Shown here in pieces: positions 1 to 10,909 of a stretch of DNA of 64,000 bases. The stretch is taken from positions 1,341 to 65,340 of the IMG/VR virus record IMGVR_UViG_3300030113_000006. One strand, given 5' to 3'. The number at the start of each line of letters is the position of its first letter. Positions within the stretch are counted from its first letter, which is position 1. The notes under the pieces were generated by a model. It searched no databases. It saw only the letters and a list, made by a program, of their open reading frames with translations, and was not told the DNA's origin. The translations under genes and the position numbers were made by a program. This DNA comes from a virus. Its lineage: Duplodnaviria; Caudoviricetes.

Positions 1-1
1 G

Positions 2-1048
2 GAATTATGGCCTAAGGCTCGCCTTACGTCTACTATGATTGCATTATATCAAGAAGACAAGAGCGCTACTATAAAGACCTTGGTTGAGGGTACTATATAC
101 TTTCCAAATAACCCACCAAAAAAGAGATATAGGTATGTAGTATTCTCCGAGAGCGATAGTTCTGAGTTTATGTTGGACGAATGGCTTGAGTCTAGTCCGT
201 GGATTGTCTTTAGGTGGTCTAAGATAAATAATGAGATCCTTGGCCGTGGCCCTGTTGTAGATGCTCTTCCAAGTATCATGACCCTGAATGAATTGATGCG
301 CCTTGAATTTGCTAGTGCTAACTTTAATGTTGCGCGACCTATGATGGCATACAGCGATGGTGTGTTCAACCCTTGGACAATGCGTTTGGAAGCTAACTCA
401 ATTATACCTGTAGCTCCTAATGCTGCCGGACAATGGCCTATTCAACCTTTCCCAGATACTAGCCCGCCAACCTTTGTGCAAACATTGGCTGTAGACCTGA
501 GGCAACAAATAAATACACTGCTTTTTGCAAATCCAATTGGACAACCACAAGACCAACCAACTAGGACTGCTACTGAGATGATGTTGAGACAACGTAATCT
601 TGCAGAGGAGATCGGGGCATCGTTTACTAGATTACAAAATGAATTACTTGCTAAGGTCTTACACAGGGTGTCTTATATATTAGAGAAAAGAGGATTAATA
701 GAACAAATCAAGGTAGACAATAGATTAATAAAATTAAGCTATAAGTCTCCATTAGTAATAGCACAAGGACAACAAGACGTTCAAAATTTTATTAATTGGT
801 TTCAATTGATGCAGGGAGTACAAGGGCCAGAGGCAGCATTAATTAATCTTAAGCCTGAAAGATTCCCACATTGGAGTGCTAGCAAGATGGGTGTTGATAC
901 CGATCCAATAGTAGGGGAACAACAGTTAGCACAATTTTTATCTCAACAATCAGAGAAGAGCCAAGAGCAAGAAATGATGATGATGGAAGCACAACAATCA
1001 CAAATCCAGGCACAACAACAAGGCGGTGGTAATAGTGGTGGTGGGTAA
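2..1048 (+). CDS. Portal (head-to-tail connector, T7 gp8-like), 5' end outside window
   Basis: Frame open from base 2. Motifs PWIVFRWSK..EILGRGP, PTRTATE..RQ..L and RLQNELL..L.R are typical of T7-like portals; first gene of the head module. Confidence 0.9.
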   Translation, partial: ELWPKARLTSTMIALYQEDKSATIKTLVEGTIYFPNNPPKKRYRYVVFSESDSSEFMLDEWLESSPWIVFRWSKINNEILGRGPVVDALPSIMTLNELMRLEFASANFNVARPMMAYSDGVFNPWTMRLEANSIIPVAPNAAGQWPIQPFPDTSPPTFVQTLAVDLRQQINTLLFANPIGQPQDQPTRTATEMMLRQRNLAEEIGASFTRLQNELLAKVLHRVSYILEKRGLIEQIKVDNRLIKLSYKSPLVIAQGQQDVQNFINWFQLMQGVQGPEAALINLKPERFPHWSASKMGVDTDPIVGEQQLAQFLSQQSEKSQEQEMMMMEAQQSQIQAQQQGGGNSGGG

Positions 1049-1159
1049 TAACTTCTATATGATTTCTTACAACACCTACCACCTAGATATTATATTTGCC
1101 AAACAACATGAAATAATGCAATATAACAATAATAATGTTTGTACTAGAAAGGAGGCGTC

Positions 1160-1498
1160 ATGCACGATACATACGGACATACACCACATCGTAATCCATT
1201 AATAACACAAGATGAACCGGAAGTATTAAAGCAATTTAAAAATTGGAATCAAGAAACATCAAAGGATACTTTTGAAGTACAACGTTTATGTTATGAGGTA
1301 TTTATTGTATCGGCAAATGGTAAAAAACTATACGAGATGATGCAAGATAAATATTTACTACCTGCCAAGTTTTCTCCAAGCGATCCAAACGCTAATCAAT
1401 TAAGTATGTATTGGGAAGGTTTTAGGGCTGCAATTAGAGGTCTTAAGGATAATGCTTTAATACATATGAAGCGAAGCAGTACTAGTAACGGTTTATAA
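1160..1498 (+). CDS. Small conserved phage protein between portal and scaffold (Bbp19-like)
   Basis: AGGAGG RBS; motif VF..ANGKKL...M...(F)...D......Y.EG.R; syntenic position. Confidence 0.55.
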   Translation: MHDTYGHTPHRNPLITQDEPEVLKQFKNWNQETSKDTFEVQRLCYEVFIVSANGKKLYEMMQDKYLLPAKFSPSDPNANQLSMYWEGFRAAIRGLKDNALIHMKRSSTSNGL

Positions 1499-1673
1499 TA
1501 TATATAAACCATACTATTTATAACGCATATAAAACAATTAACATTATAATACTTAAGTTTATAATAATTTTAAGAGAGTAAACGTTAGCTAATAATTAAA
1601 TTTAAACTACAATATAACATATAATATATAATATATTAAACCTCATACTATAAAATAAACAACCAATTAATGT

Positions 1674-1685
1674 TACAAGGATGTA
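1674..1685 (+). promoter_or_regulatory. CsrA-type site overlapping scaffold RBS
   Basis: TACA-AGGA-TGTA hairpin matches the CsrA consensus ACA-RGGA-UGU; extended pairing ATGT/ACAT reaches the start codon at 1689. Confidence 0.6.
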
Positions 1686-1688
1686 GAC

Positions 1689-2444
1689 ATGGCTGATGAT
1701 TTAACCGCAAATCTAGCAACTATAGGACAACCAGACAGCACGCAATCAAACGATAACACCACAATAAATCCAGCACAGTCGGCGCTCCCAGAACCATCAT
1801 GGTATTTTGCGGAAGGCATACCAGGAGTTGGGGATAAACCTGATTATCTTGAACCAAAATATAAAACCTTGGCCGATCAAGCGAAAGCATACAAGGAAGC
1901 GCAAAAGTTATTAGGCACCCTAAAGGCAGCACCAGAAGAGTATGATTTTGGTGAAGCACAAGAGTATATCGACAAAGAAAATGATCACATCCAAGACTTC
2001 GTTAGGTTTGCTAAAGACAACAAGATACAACAAGATGCTTTCTCTAAGGTATTAAATACATATGTTGGGTACGATAAATCAAGACAATCTAAACCAGAAG
2101 AAGAAATAGCCAAACTTGGTAATGATGGTATGCAAAAAATTACCACCTTACAAAATTGGGTAAGAAATAACTTGAGCGAAGGCTCAATGAAGGCATTAGA
2201 AAAATTACCAGTCAAGGCAGAAGTAGTGCAAATGCTGGATGAAGTAAGACAGTTGCACATGAATACCTTATCTAAGATACCAACGGAAACACAAAAACCA
2301 AAGGTTAACTTGGTAACAAGAGATGAGATTGAGGCAGAGATGTTAGCAAATTACGGTCGCTATCAAACCGACCCACAATATAGAAGTCAAATCACTGCCA
2401 AGTTTGCACAAGCAATAGGTACCGGCAAGAATGACTTTGATTAA
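1689..2444 (+). CDS. Capsid scaffolding/assembly protein
   Basis: Position before capsid; KP..L.PKYKT..D.AKAY.E..K.LG...APEEY and C-terminal Y..DP.YR..I motifs. Confidence 0.75.
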   Translation: MADDLTANLATIGQPDSTQSNDNTTINPAQSALPEPSWYFAEGIPGVGDKPDYLEPKYKTLADQAKAYKEAQKLLGTLKAAPEEYDFGEAQEYIDKENDHIQDFVRFAKDNKIQQDAFSKVLNTYVGYDKSRQSKPEEEIAKLGNDGMQKITTLQNWVRNNLSEGSMKALEKLPVKAEVVQMLDEVRQLHMNTLSKIPTETQKPKVNLVTRDEIEAEMLANYGRYQTDPQYRSQITAKFAQAIGTGKNDFD

Positions 2445-2499
2445 AATATTATTGGTAGTAATCATGTTAGATGTTTTTTGGTGTCTATGTACTAAAAAA

Positions 2500-2551
2500 T
2501 TTTAATTATCTTTATACCTTTTGTTAGTACAAGGTATAAAGATAATTAAAA
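2500..2551. repeat. Perfect 21-bp inverted repeat, 10-nt loop, in the scaffold-capsid spacer
   Basis: ttttaattatctttatacctt-ttgttagtac-aaggtataaagataattaaaa. Confidence 0.9.
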
Positions 2552-2804
2552 CTGTTTCCATATAGAATCACGCGTATGCCAATTTAAATTTATTATCCTT
2601 GTTGATGGTGTGATTTTTTAAATTATAATTTGTCTAATCACGCATCTTGTTTAATGATGTGGATACTCATAAAAGGCTGGCCCATTATGGATACCCAGCA
2701 ATCTGTGACCCGCAAAAGAAATTAAGATAAGTGAAACATGGAACATTTTGCTAATTGCAAAATTAATATTGTTTTATTTATTTTTTGTAAAAGGAATTAT
2801 AGAT

Positions 2805-3737
2805 ATGAGTACATCGTTAACGCAGGTCCAACAAACAGAATTTGACGCTCTCGTTAAGATAGAATATAGATCCCGCGGATTTCTATTAAGAGACACCGTT
2901 CGTCTTAGGACTGACGTCATAGGTAATACTTGCCAATTTAGAAAGGTTGGACAGGTAATTGCTAACCCTGTAGGATTTCAAAATACTATTGCGATCCAAG
3001 ACCCACAATTCACTGCATACACCGCTCAACTAACCAAGTTTGCTGCTGGAACGGGTGTGGATAGTATACAGGATCTTACTGTAAATTTCGACACCAAAAG
3101 AGAACTCGCATTCGTTGTCGCCATGGCGATTGGACGTAGAAGCGATCAGATTATTATTAACTCAATGAATAATGCAGTATCATACCAACCAAATGTTGTT
3201 GATTTTGTTAATGGTGGAACCAATCCAATTCCAGTAGGTGGAACCGCAGCAATTACTGCTGAAACCAATATGACTTACTCCAAATTACGCACGGTTGTGT
3301 CATACTTCGATCAAGATGCAGTACCAATTGGTGAACGTTATTGCGCAATGACTGGTAGTAACTTACGTAATCTTTTACAAGCAGATCAAATTATAAGTCG
3401 ATTCTATACATCAAACGATGTAGTTGTAGATGGAACATTAAACTATAAAGAATTATTAGGTATGAATATTCGCGTGATCCCAGATATGTCTGAGGGTGGC
3501 CTTCCTACTATTACTGATACCAACGGTACTGCAGTACGCCAATGCTTCGCGTGGCATAAGATGGCTATTGGTATGGCAATTGGGCAAGACATGAGAACAG
3601 AGGTATCATACCTGCCACGTGAGACCACTTGGTTTGTGAATGGATTATTTTATGCTGGGGCAATAGTTGTTGATTATAGAGGTTTTTTTGTTATCAATTG
3701 TAATGAAGCACAAGCTGGCAATGTTAACATTAGATAA
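2805..3737 (+). CDS. Major capsid protein
   Basis: ATG 2805 after AAGGA (preferred to TTG 2748). Motifs EFD..VK..Y, AIGRRSDQIII, AWHK.AIG.AIG.D..TEV.Y.P are typical of this podovirus capsid class. Confidence 0.9.
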   Translation: MSTSLTQVQQTEFDALVKIEYRSRGFLLRDTVRLRTDVIGNTCQFRKVGQVIANPVGFQNTIAIQDPQFTAYTAQLTKFAAGTGVDSIQDLTVNFDTKRELAFVVAMAIGRRSDQIIINSMNNAVSYQPNVVDFVNGGTNPIPVGGTAAITAETNMTYSKLRTVVSYFDQDAVPIGERYCAMTGSNLRNLLQADQIISRFYTSNDVVVDGTLNYKELLGMNIRVIPDMSEGGLPTITDTNGTAVRQCFAWHKMAIGMAIGQDMRTEVSYLPRETTWFVNGLFYAGAIVVDYRGFFVINCNEAQAGNVNIR

Positions 3738-3785
3738 TTATACAGGAGCGACAAATATCCAATATTTAATATAGAGAGAAACTAG

Positions 3786-4511
3786 ATGGCATTCAATATT
3801 CAAAATTTAGGGTTATCTACTAGCACTATGAATACAGGTGTTAACCTGTCTATCAATAGCGGTAACCCTTCATCTAGTACAGACGGTTATATTAAATATG
3901 GAGCTCCTGCTATAAGAACATATTATTCTCCTTTTGATTCTCTTGTTGATATTGTAAACAATAACAACTATTTTGGAAGTGTTGCTTCTGAATGGAATAT
4001 TGGTGACATGATATATATATCGGATGCAACGGGATTTCAAACTGGTAAAAATTTTTTTTATGTAGATAGCATTGATGTTAAAAAACAACAAGTAATAATA
4101 AAGCAACTTGTTAGTACTGGTGGTACTGTATTTGATTGGATTATTCTTGATAATACCATAGTAGAAGAAAACGTAGGCGGTGTTTATCAACTACAATCAA
4201 ACATGGGGTATCTAATTACTGCAACCCCACAATCTCCAGTCCCAGATCCAGAAGTACCTATTTTAACCTGTCTCTTGCCAACATCTATTAATGCCGGAGA
4301 ACAAATAAGTTTTTCTAACCAAAGCGGTGCAATCGTGCGTATAAGTCAAAACGCAGGCCAACAAATAAGTATAGGCACAGATGCCACAGGGTTAGGGGTG
4401 TACGGTTATGTAATGACTGATATTACCAATCAATCATTTGATTTAATTTGTATTGGAAATAATTGGCTTTTCTCGATGTCTAACATTGTAGGATCACCAC
4501 AATATTTTTAA
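3786..4511 (+). CDS. Putative capsid decoration/structural protein, paralog 1
   Basis: N-domain MAF..QN...Y.S..D....I....YF...A.....GD.IY is shared with 10910 and 11834; directly follows the capsid gene. Confidence 0.55.
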   Translation: MAFNIQNLGLSTSTMNTGVNLSINSGNPSSSTDGYIKYGAPAIRTYYSPFDSLVDIVNNNNYFGSVASEWNIGDMIYISDATGFQTGKNFFYVDSIDVKKQQVIIKQLVSTGGTVFDWIILDNTIVEENVGGVYQLQSNMGYLITATPQSPVPDPEVPILTCLLPTSINAGEQISFSNQSGAIVRISQNAGQQISIGTDATGLGVYGYVMTDITNQSFDLICIGNNWLFSMSNIVGSPQYF

Positions 4512-4539
4512 TGTTTAACAGTTAGCACAAGGATGCGCC

Positions 4540-7500
4540 ATGGCAAGATATAATCCAGTTAACGATCAGATAGCAGCTGGCGCAGGAATATCTATAATCA
4601 ACAATAGTGTTGGTATTGCGATTATATCTGCTACAAATAATGCCCCGTCTACAACCGTAGCTAACAGTATAGCAATATATATTGATACGCAAGGAACATT
4701 TGGTAGCAGCGGTATAACCATTGATAGTTCTAATAATATTGCCGGCATTTCTTCTGTTGGGTGTGCAGCTGTAGAACTTAATAGCAATAATACTTATTAC
4801 ACCTCTATTGCTTCCCCTAATGGTTTAACAGAAACAATAAATTATATAATGCCGGCTACAATAGGTAATGCTGGCAACCTGCTTGTATTAAATTCCGTAT
4901 TAGGAAACACTGCAACCCTTACGTGGGCAACGGCTGGTGGTGAAGGTATCATAACTAGTGTTACCGGCACTACTCACCAAATTAGCGTGACATCCGGTAC
5001 AGCGCCACAAATATCTATAGCTAGTGATTATGCTGGTCAATCAAGTATCACAACCATTGGAACAATCACTACTGGAACATGGAATGCCAGCAATCTTACA
5101 GAATCTCAAATTACTAACCTTACTACCGATTTGGAGGCATGTGAAAAGATAGCTAACAAAGGGGTGGCAAGCGGCTATTGCCCATTAAACAGTAGCACTT
5201 TAGTTCCTCTTTCAAATATACAACAAGACATGTCTATTGATTTGTTGTCAAATTCGTTGGCTGCTTTTGTTGATAAAAATAGTATAAATAACATTGGTGA
5301 CAACTTATTAAATTTTTATAATTACAATCAAAATTACCCTTTGGCTTCACTTTATGCAAATTGGATAACAATAAGTGTTGCTAATAATTCATATAGAACA
5401 AATATTGACGCTTGTTATCCTGTCACATTTACAAAAATCAACTATACTGTAAATTCTGTAACTAATGGCGGATATACATTAAATATATACGGAAGTAATA
5501 ACACAACTAATTTTTATGACACAAGCACATCAGATTTATCATCGTTAACATTAGTAAATTCGTCACCAATCACAATTACAGCAACAGGAAATACAACTGT
5601 AACACCTTCAGGATTTAGATATTACCATTTGTTATTTACACCTGTAAATAGCGGTACATCAACACTAACAGTTGTGTTATCTTTTAATTATAAAAATTAT
5701 TCTCCTGTTTGTGGTTTAGATTTAACAACTGGATATATTGCAACATCTACCGTTCCAAACTACTTAGTGAAGTCTATTAATGGTATTACCACAACAAACA
5801 ATGCTATTACATTAGATTTATCCAACCTAAATGATTGCGCGATAACAACATCAACACTAGCAAATAACCAAGGATTAATTTACAACTCATCAACCTCAAC
5901 ATGGGTAAATCAACAAATAGATCATACAACTTTAGCAAACATTGGCACCAATACTCATGCACAAATAGATAGTTTTATAGCATCTAAAAGCAATGCGAAT
6001 GGATTGGCCGCTCTGGATTCCAACGGTCAATTAGTTTTGTCTCAAATCCCTAGTATTGCTCTTACAACTGTTAATGTTGTAGCAACTATTGCTGAACGTA
6101 ACGCACTAACAGGTATCCTTACTGGAGATGTTGTTATAGTTACAGGCGATCCGATAAGCAGCAACGATGGATCTTATATATATAATGGAACTGGATGGAG
6201 CACCCTATCAGTATATATTCAACCTACCAATCTATCGTCATTAACCGATGTAAGCGAAGGTACATTAGCAGATGGTAATCTACTTGAGTATTCAGCCTCG
6301 CTTGGCAAATGGACTAATTATATTTTTACTGGTAATACATCAATAACCACTCTTGGTGCCGTTACTACTGGAACTTGGAACGCTGGAGTTATAGGTTCTA
6401 GTTATGGCGGAACTGGTGTTAATAATAGTGGCAACACAATTACTATTGGTGGTAGCGTTACCGTATCTGGTGCGTATACAACGACCCTAAATGTAACTGG
6501 CAACACTAATATTACATTACCTACTAGCGGCACCTTAGCTACAACATCATCTATACCTAGTTTACCATTGTCGGTTGCTAATGGTGGTACAGGACAATCT
6601 TATTTTGCTCCTTATTGTTTGCTTTTAGGTAACCAATCTGACGGTATAAATACGACTTCAATATATGTGCATAATGGTTATAACATGTATGGCGTTGGGA
6701 TTTTAAGTTTTACCAATTACCTAAATACTGGAACCGCTAATTTTTTCCTTGGCGCAACCATGACGGAAAATGATACATATATTTTACCAACATCAATGGG
6801 GGCGGTTGGCAACGTATTAACAATAGGCAATCTTAATAATACAACTAATGCTATATTATCATGGACCGCCCCATCTGTTGGAACTACTGCCCTAGCAGGG
6901 CTAACTACAGACACACAGATTACTGGTACACCAGTAAGCGGAAGTTTGCTTATGTACCAAGATAGTGCTACCAACAAATGGATTAACACGACTATTGCTC
7001 CAACTAATGATCAACTATTAGTATACACAACGTATGGATCTGCAAATAGTTGGACTCCATATACCCTTAGTGGCGCGACATTTAGCGATAGCACTAAGAC
7101 TATTACGATTGCTAGTGGAACGGCTACAGCGCTACAATCAGCCACTACTGTAGTTTCTGTTAGTGCTGCTACTGCTCCAACAGTTAATCAAGCACTTGTA
7201 GCAACAAGTGGTACTTCAGCTACTTGGCAAATTCCAACAGTATTAGGTACTGTGACAACTGGTGTGTGGGCTGCCACACCAGTTACAGTTGCATATGGTG
7301 GTACCGGGGCTGCTTCCTGTACGGCGTATGCTCTTATTGCCGGAGGAACTACTACAACTGGCGCACATCAAAGTTTAACTACTGGAGTCTCAAATCAAAT
7401 ACTACTTTCTGGTGGTGCTGCTGCATTACCAACTTGGACAACAAACCTAACTGTTTCTCAAGGTGGTACTGGAATTACCTCGACAACAGCATGCGGAGTG

Positions 7501-10500
7501 TTGTGCGGAGGAACTACTACAACTGGCGTACTGCAGAACGCTGGAGCAGGCACACTTAATCAAGCATTAATATCCAATGGGACGGCTGCACTTCCAACGT
7601 GGGAAACAATAAGTACTTCTAGCGGATTAATTTCGGATATATCAGTGTCAAGTCTTGCTACGGGCGATGTTCTCAGGTGGAATGGAACAAAGTTTGCAAA
7701 CAGTACAAGTTTAACTGGTGATGAAGCGACCATTAGCAATTTACAGTTATCAACAGGGGTAGTAAAAACTCAAGCGAGCGTGACCCAAAATACAACCATA
7801 ACAACAACATACGTAGATGGAACTGACGGATATACGATGTATATCAACAACAGTAGTAGTGTACCATTTGCAATCACAGCTATTACTTCTTCTGGTGGCT
7901 TTAGTATATCAGGTGGTAACAGTGTATCAGGAAGCGGAGGTGGCGATCCTACTTTTAATAGGATTAATCTCAATTTTGGAGTTGTTACTGGTTATGCTGT
8001 TAGTGTATATTTTACTACAGGTGGAGACAATGGTAATACACAAACATTTTATATATATGGTTCAAATAATGCCACATGTTATGCAAACACCTCTAATACG
8101 GTAACAGGAGCAACATTACTATATACATCTCCTACCGTAAACCCTCAAGGATATACTGGATCATATTCATTAACAAATACTACGGTTTACCAATACTTTC
8201 ATATTTTGAGAAGTGGAGGCGCCACAAACGTATCCTTTACAGGGCTGCAAGTATTCAAGAATGCAGGTTCAACATCAGGATTAGTTAATGGAACTGATTT
8301 TACAGTTTCAACCGATGCCGCAACAGGAAAACCTGCAATAAAATATACTGATGCCGCAACAAACACTTTAACATATAATGAAACGACATTATCAATATCT
8401 GAATTATACAGAAGAATATATCCAGTTATCTATAATTCATCTGACATTGTATTATCTACCACTGCTACCAAATTAACTGGATATGCAGCTACTAGTTGGA
8501 ACATTGAGAATTATAGTGGCACGCTAAACTATAACTACAATGGTACTACTGAAATGGCAGTATCTTCTGCTGGCACATTATCTCTAACTGGCAACCTACA
8601 ACTTAATAATGGCTCTTATTCAATTACACTTGCAAGCCCAACGCTAGCTGCATCATCAACTTATACATTACCTTCTGCTGTTGCTACATCTACTAATCAA
8701 TTCTTATACACATCAGCGGCTGGTACCGGAACAAATACCTTAGCGTGGTCGACCTTGGCCCTAGGCAACACCAAATGGACTGATGTGTCTATTGCTTCAC
8801 CTGCCAGTGGAAATATATTAAAGTTTAACGGAACAAATTGGACAAATACTACAGATTTAACAACTGTACAAAGTCAAATAACCACACTGCTTGTTTCAAC
8901 TGGTATACTAGTAAATCAAAGTTCTGTAGCTCAAGGAACGTCTATAACTACCGGCTATACTGATGGCACTAATGGTAATATAGTTTTTGGAAATAATACC
9001 ACAGCAAGTAATATGACTCCAACCGCTTTTACTGGCTATCCTGCTGATAATTGGAGTATTAATGGTTATAAGGTTTGGGATGGCGGTCATACTGACTGGA
9101 ACGTTAGCAATACTACTTCATATTTAAGGCTTGCGATTAACTATGGTACACTTTTTCAAGTATCATCATTTTATTGGAGTTTAAATGCTATACCTACTAA
9201 TGGAAGCAATATAAACTTCAATGTCTATGGTGGTACTCTTGCTTCTGTTTATACTGACACTGCTTACGACACTACTAACTTAACGTTACTATGCAATGTA
9301 GCATTAACTACTCAAACTGGTTCTGTAGCTATTACTAATACTTCGCAATTTCAATATATTGTTATATTAGTTCAAGATGCAACAACTACTAATAGTTCTT
9401 ATAGTACTAATAACGGTGGCTTCTGGGTGCAAAAAGCTGCTGGAGGTTACAATGGATTAATCCTTGCTACCGATTGGAATATAAGTTCCAGCACAACAAC
9501 TGGTGCACCAATAATCACTTATGCTGATAGCACTACGCAAAATTTAACTTATAATGTTGACACCTTGTTGGTTGAAGAAGCCTATAGAAGATTATATCCT
9601 GTTGTTAGAAGTACCAGCGATATAGTATTAACATCAACTAGCAATACTTTAAGTGGATACGCAAGCACCAGCTGGAATATTGAAAACAACTCTAGCATTT
9701 TAAACTTTAACTATAACGGAGCAACAAATTTAGCTATCAATTCTAGTGGGGCAATCACTACTGGAGCATGGTACGCCACAGCGATTGCAACTCAATATGG
9801 TGGTAGCGGTCTTACTGCTACAACTCCATACGCAATAATGACAGGCGGAACAACTAGTACTGGTGCATTGCAACAGTTAGCTACTGGTGCAAGCGGACAA
9901 TTGTTAGTTTCTGGCGGCAGTGGGGCATTAGCTGGTTGGAGTTCTAATATTAGCGTTGATTCCTCTGGTGATATTGGTACTACTGGTAATCTATATGCTA
10001 ATAATGTAATCGCCACTGGTAATCTTGCTGTGTCCGGAACAATAACCTCTGGCACCATAACTGCCAGTGTTGCAAGCAGCACTCATGTATTGAAGTTTAT
10101 ATGTCCAGTTTCATATACACTGTATACGTTTGATTACATATGTTTTTGTCCTCAAGCAATTAACTCGTTTATTATAGACCTAAGTATGGCTAAGAGTAAC
10201 ATTGCCTCAGTAGGGGCGCGTATAGTGCTGCCATCTATAGGGGTCAACCAATCAATTTATTTACAATTTATAGGGGCCAATCCAAACCCACTTGTTAATC
10301 AAGTGACTATAGGGGATAACAGCTCAACAACAATGCCCTACTTTGATAACGCCTTTTATTTCTCGCCGACCAATTGGTCATTAGGGTACGTGTATAATGG
10401 TACTGGCGCAACTTTCAAATTTACTTTCTATTCACCAGCAAGCGCCAACCCTTGGTACTCCGGTAACCCTTGTACTACACCAAACTCATGGCAGATACAA

Positions 10501-10821
10501 CAAATTTCTAGCAACCAAATACCATTGCCAAACAGTATCAATCTGATATATATCTATTCATGTTCCAACACATCACTATCTGGATATTACGCATCACTAA
10601 TATTGCCAACACTAGTTTCTGGTCAACAAATATGCATAAAAGACGCAACAGGATATCTAAATTATTCTAATGTGCAAGTAATTGCTGCAAATAATGATTT
10701 GATCGATGGTATGGCAAACAGGGTATATAACACCGCCAATTTGGCGTTTATGTATACGTATGTTGGTAACGGTTCGTATGGTAATTTATTTTCATTGTTT
10801 TACAGCACAACGCCTAGTTAA
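4540..10821 (+). CDS. Giant Thr/Ser/Gly-rich fibre/adhesin-like virion protein (2093 aa)
   Basis: Repeated fibre motifs (TTGTWNA, V..GGTG, L..L.DV.....G..L.yn...W.N) and three related globular inserts containing (F/L)NIYG.N/YIYGSN. Confidence 0.75.
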   Translation: MARYNPVNDQIAAGAGISIINNSVGIAIISATNNAPSTTVANSIAIYIDTQGTFGSSGITIDSSNNIAGISSVGCAAVELNSNNTYYTSIASPNGLTETINYIMPATIGNAGNLLVLNSVLGNTATLTWATAGGEGIITSVTGTTHQISVTSGTAPQISIASDYAGQSSITTIGTITTGTWNASNLTESQITNLTTDLEACEKIANKGVASGYCPLNSSTLVPLSNIQQDMSIDLLSNSLAAFVDKNSINNIGDNLLNFYNYNQNYPLASLYANWITISVANNSYRTNIDACYPVTFTKINYTVNSVTNGGYTLNIYGSNNTTNFYDTSTSDLSSLTLVNSSPITITATGNTTVTPSGFRYYHLLFTPVNSGTSTLTVVLSFNYKNYSPVCGLDLTTGYIATSTVPNYLVKSINGITTTNNAITLDLSNLNDCAITTSTLANNQGLIYNSSTSTWVNQQIDHTTLANIGTNTHAQIDSFIASKSNANGLAALDSNGQLVLSQIPSIALTTVNVVATIAERNALTGILTGDVVIVTGDPISSNDGSYIYNGTGWSTLSVYIQPTNLSSLTDVSEGTLADGNLLEYSASLGKWTNYIFTGNTSITTLGAVTTGTWNAGVIGSSYGGTGVNNSGNTITIGGSVTVSGAYTTTLNVTGNTNITLPTSGTLATTSSIPSLPLSVANGGTGQSYFAPYCLLLGNQSDGINTTSIYVHNGYNMYGVGILSFTNYLNTGTANFFLGATMTENDTYILPTSMGAVGNVLTIGNLNNTTNAILSWTAPSVGTTALAGLTTDTQITGTPVSGSLLMYQDSATNKWINTTIAPTNDQLLVYTTYGSANSWTPYTLSGATFSDSTKTITIASGTATALQSATTVVSVSAATAPTVNQALVATSGTSATWQIPTVLGTVTTGVWAATPVTVAYGGTGAASCTAYALIAGGTTTTGAHQSLTTGVSNQILLSGGAAALPTWTTNLTVSQGGTGITSTTACGVLCGGTTTTGVLQNAGAGTLNQALISNGTAALPTWETISTSSGLISDISVSSLATGDVLRWNGTKFANSTSLTGDEATISNLQLSTGVVKTQASVTQNTTITTTYVDGTDGYTMYINNSSSVPFAITAITSSGGFSISGGNSVSGSGGGDPTFNRINLNFGVVTGYAVSVYFTTGGDNGNTQTFYIYGSNNATCYANTSNTVTGATLLYTSPTVNPQGYTGSYSLTNTTVYQYFHILRSGGATNVSFTGLQVFKNAGSTSGLVNGTDFTVSTDAATGKPAIKYTDAATNTLTYNETTLSISELYRRIYPVIYNSSDIVLSTTATKLTGYAATSWNIENYSGTLNYNYNGTTEMAVSSAGTLSLTGNLQLNNGSYSITLASPTLAASSTYTLPSAVATSTNQFLYTSAAGTGTNTLAWSTLALGNTKWTDVSIASPASGNILKFNGTNWTNTTDLTTVQSQITTLLVSTGILVNQSSVAQGTSITTGYTDGTNGNIVFGNNTTASNMTPTAFTGYPADNWSINGYKVWDGGHTDWNVSNTTSYLRLAINYGTLFQVSSFYWSLNAIPTNGSNINFNVYGGTLASVYTDTAYDTTNLTLLCNVALTTQTGSVAITNTSQFQYIVILVQDATTTNSSYSTNNGGFWVQKAAGGYNGLILATDWNISSSTTTGAPIITYADSTTQNLTYNVDTLLVEEAYRRLYPVVRSTSDIVLTSTSNTLSGYASTSWNIENNSSILNFNYNGATNLAINSSGAITTGAWYATAIATQYGGSGLTATTPYAIMTGGTTSTGALQQLATGASGQLLVSGGSGALAGWSSNISVDSSGDIGTTGNLYANNVIATGNLAVSGTITSGTITASVASSTHVLKFICPVSYTLYTFDYICFCPQAINSFIIDLSMAKSNIASVGARIVLPSIGVNQSIYLQFIGANPNPLVNQVTIGDNSSTTMPYFDNAFYFSPTNWSLGYVYNGTGATFKFTFYSPASANPWYSGNPCTTPNSWQIQQISSNQIPLPNSINLIYIYSCSNTSLSGYYASLILPTLVSGQQICIKDATGYLNYSNVQVIAANNDLIDGMANRVYNTANLAFMYTYVGNGSYGNLFSLFYSTTPS

Positions 10822-10889
10822 GATGATGTTGTGAATAATATTGCAACCAATGTTATTGTAGTAAATGTACTATAATTAATAAAAACATG

Positions 10890-10903
10890 TTTCACGGAAG
10901 AAA
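10890..10903 (+). promoter_or_regulatory. CsrA-type site at RBS of 10910
   Basis: TTTC-ACGGAA-GAAA: ANGGAN hexaloop closed by C-G. Confidence 0.55.
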
Positions 10904-10909
10904 ATTAAA

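Noticed and set aside
3681-3785. T7 10A/10B-style frameshift at T-TTT-TTT near the capsid end, or readthrough into 3786
   Set aside because: The -1 frame stops after 4 codons, the +1 frame stops before 3786, and two in-frame stops separate the capsid from 3786.
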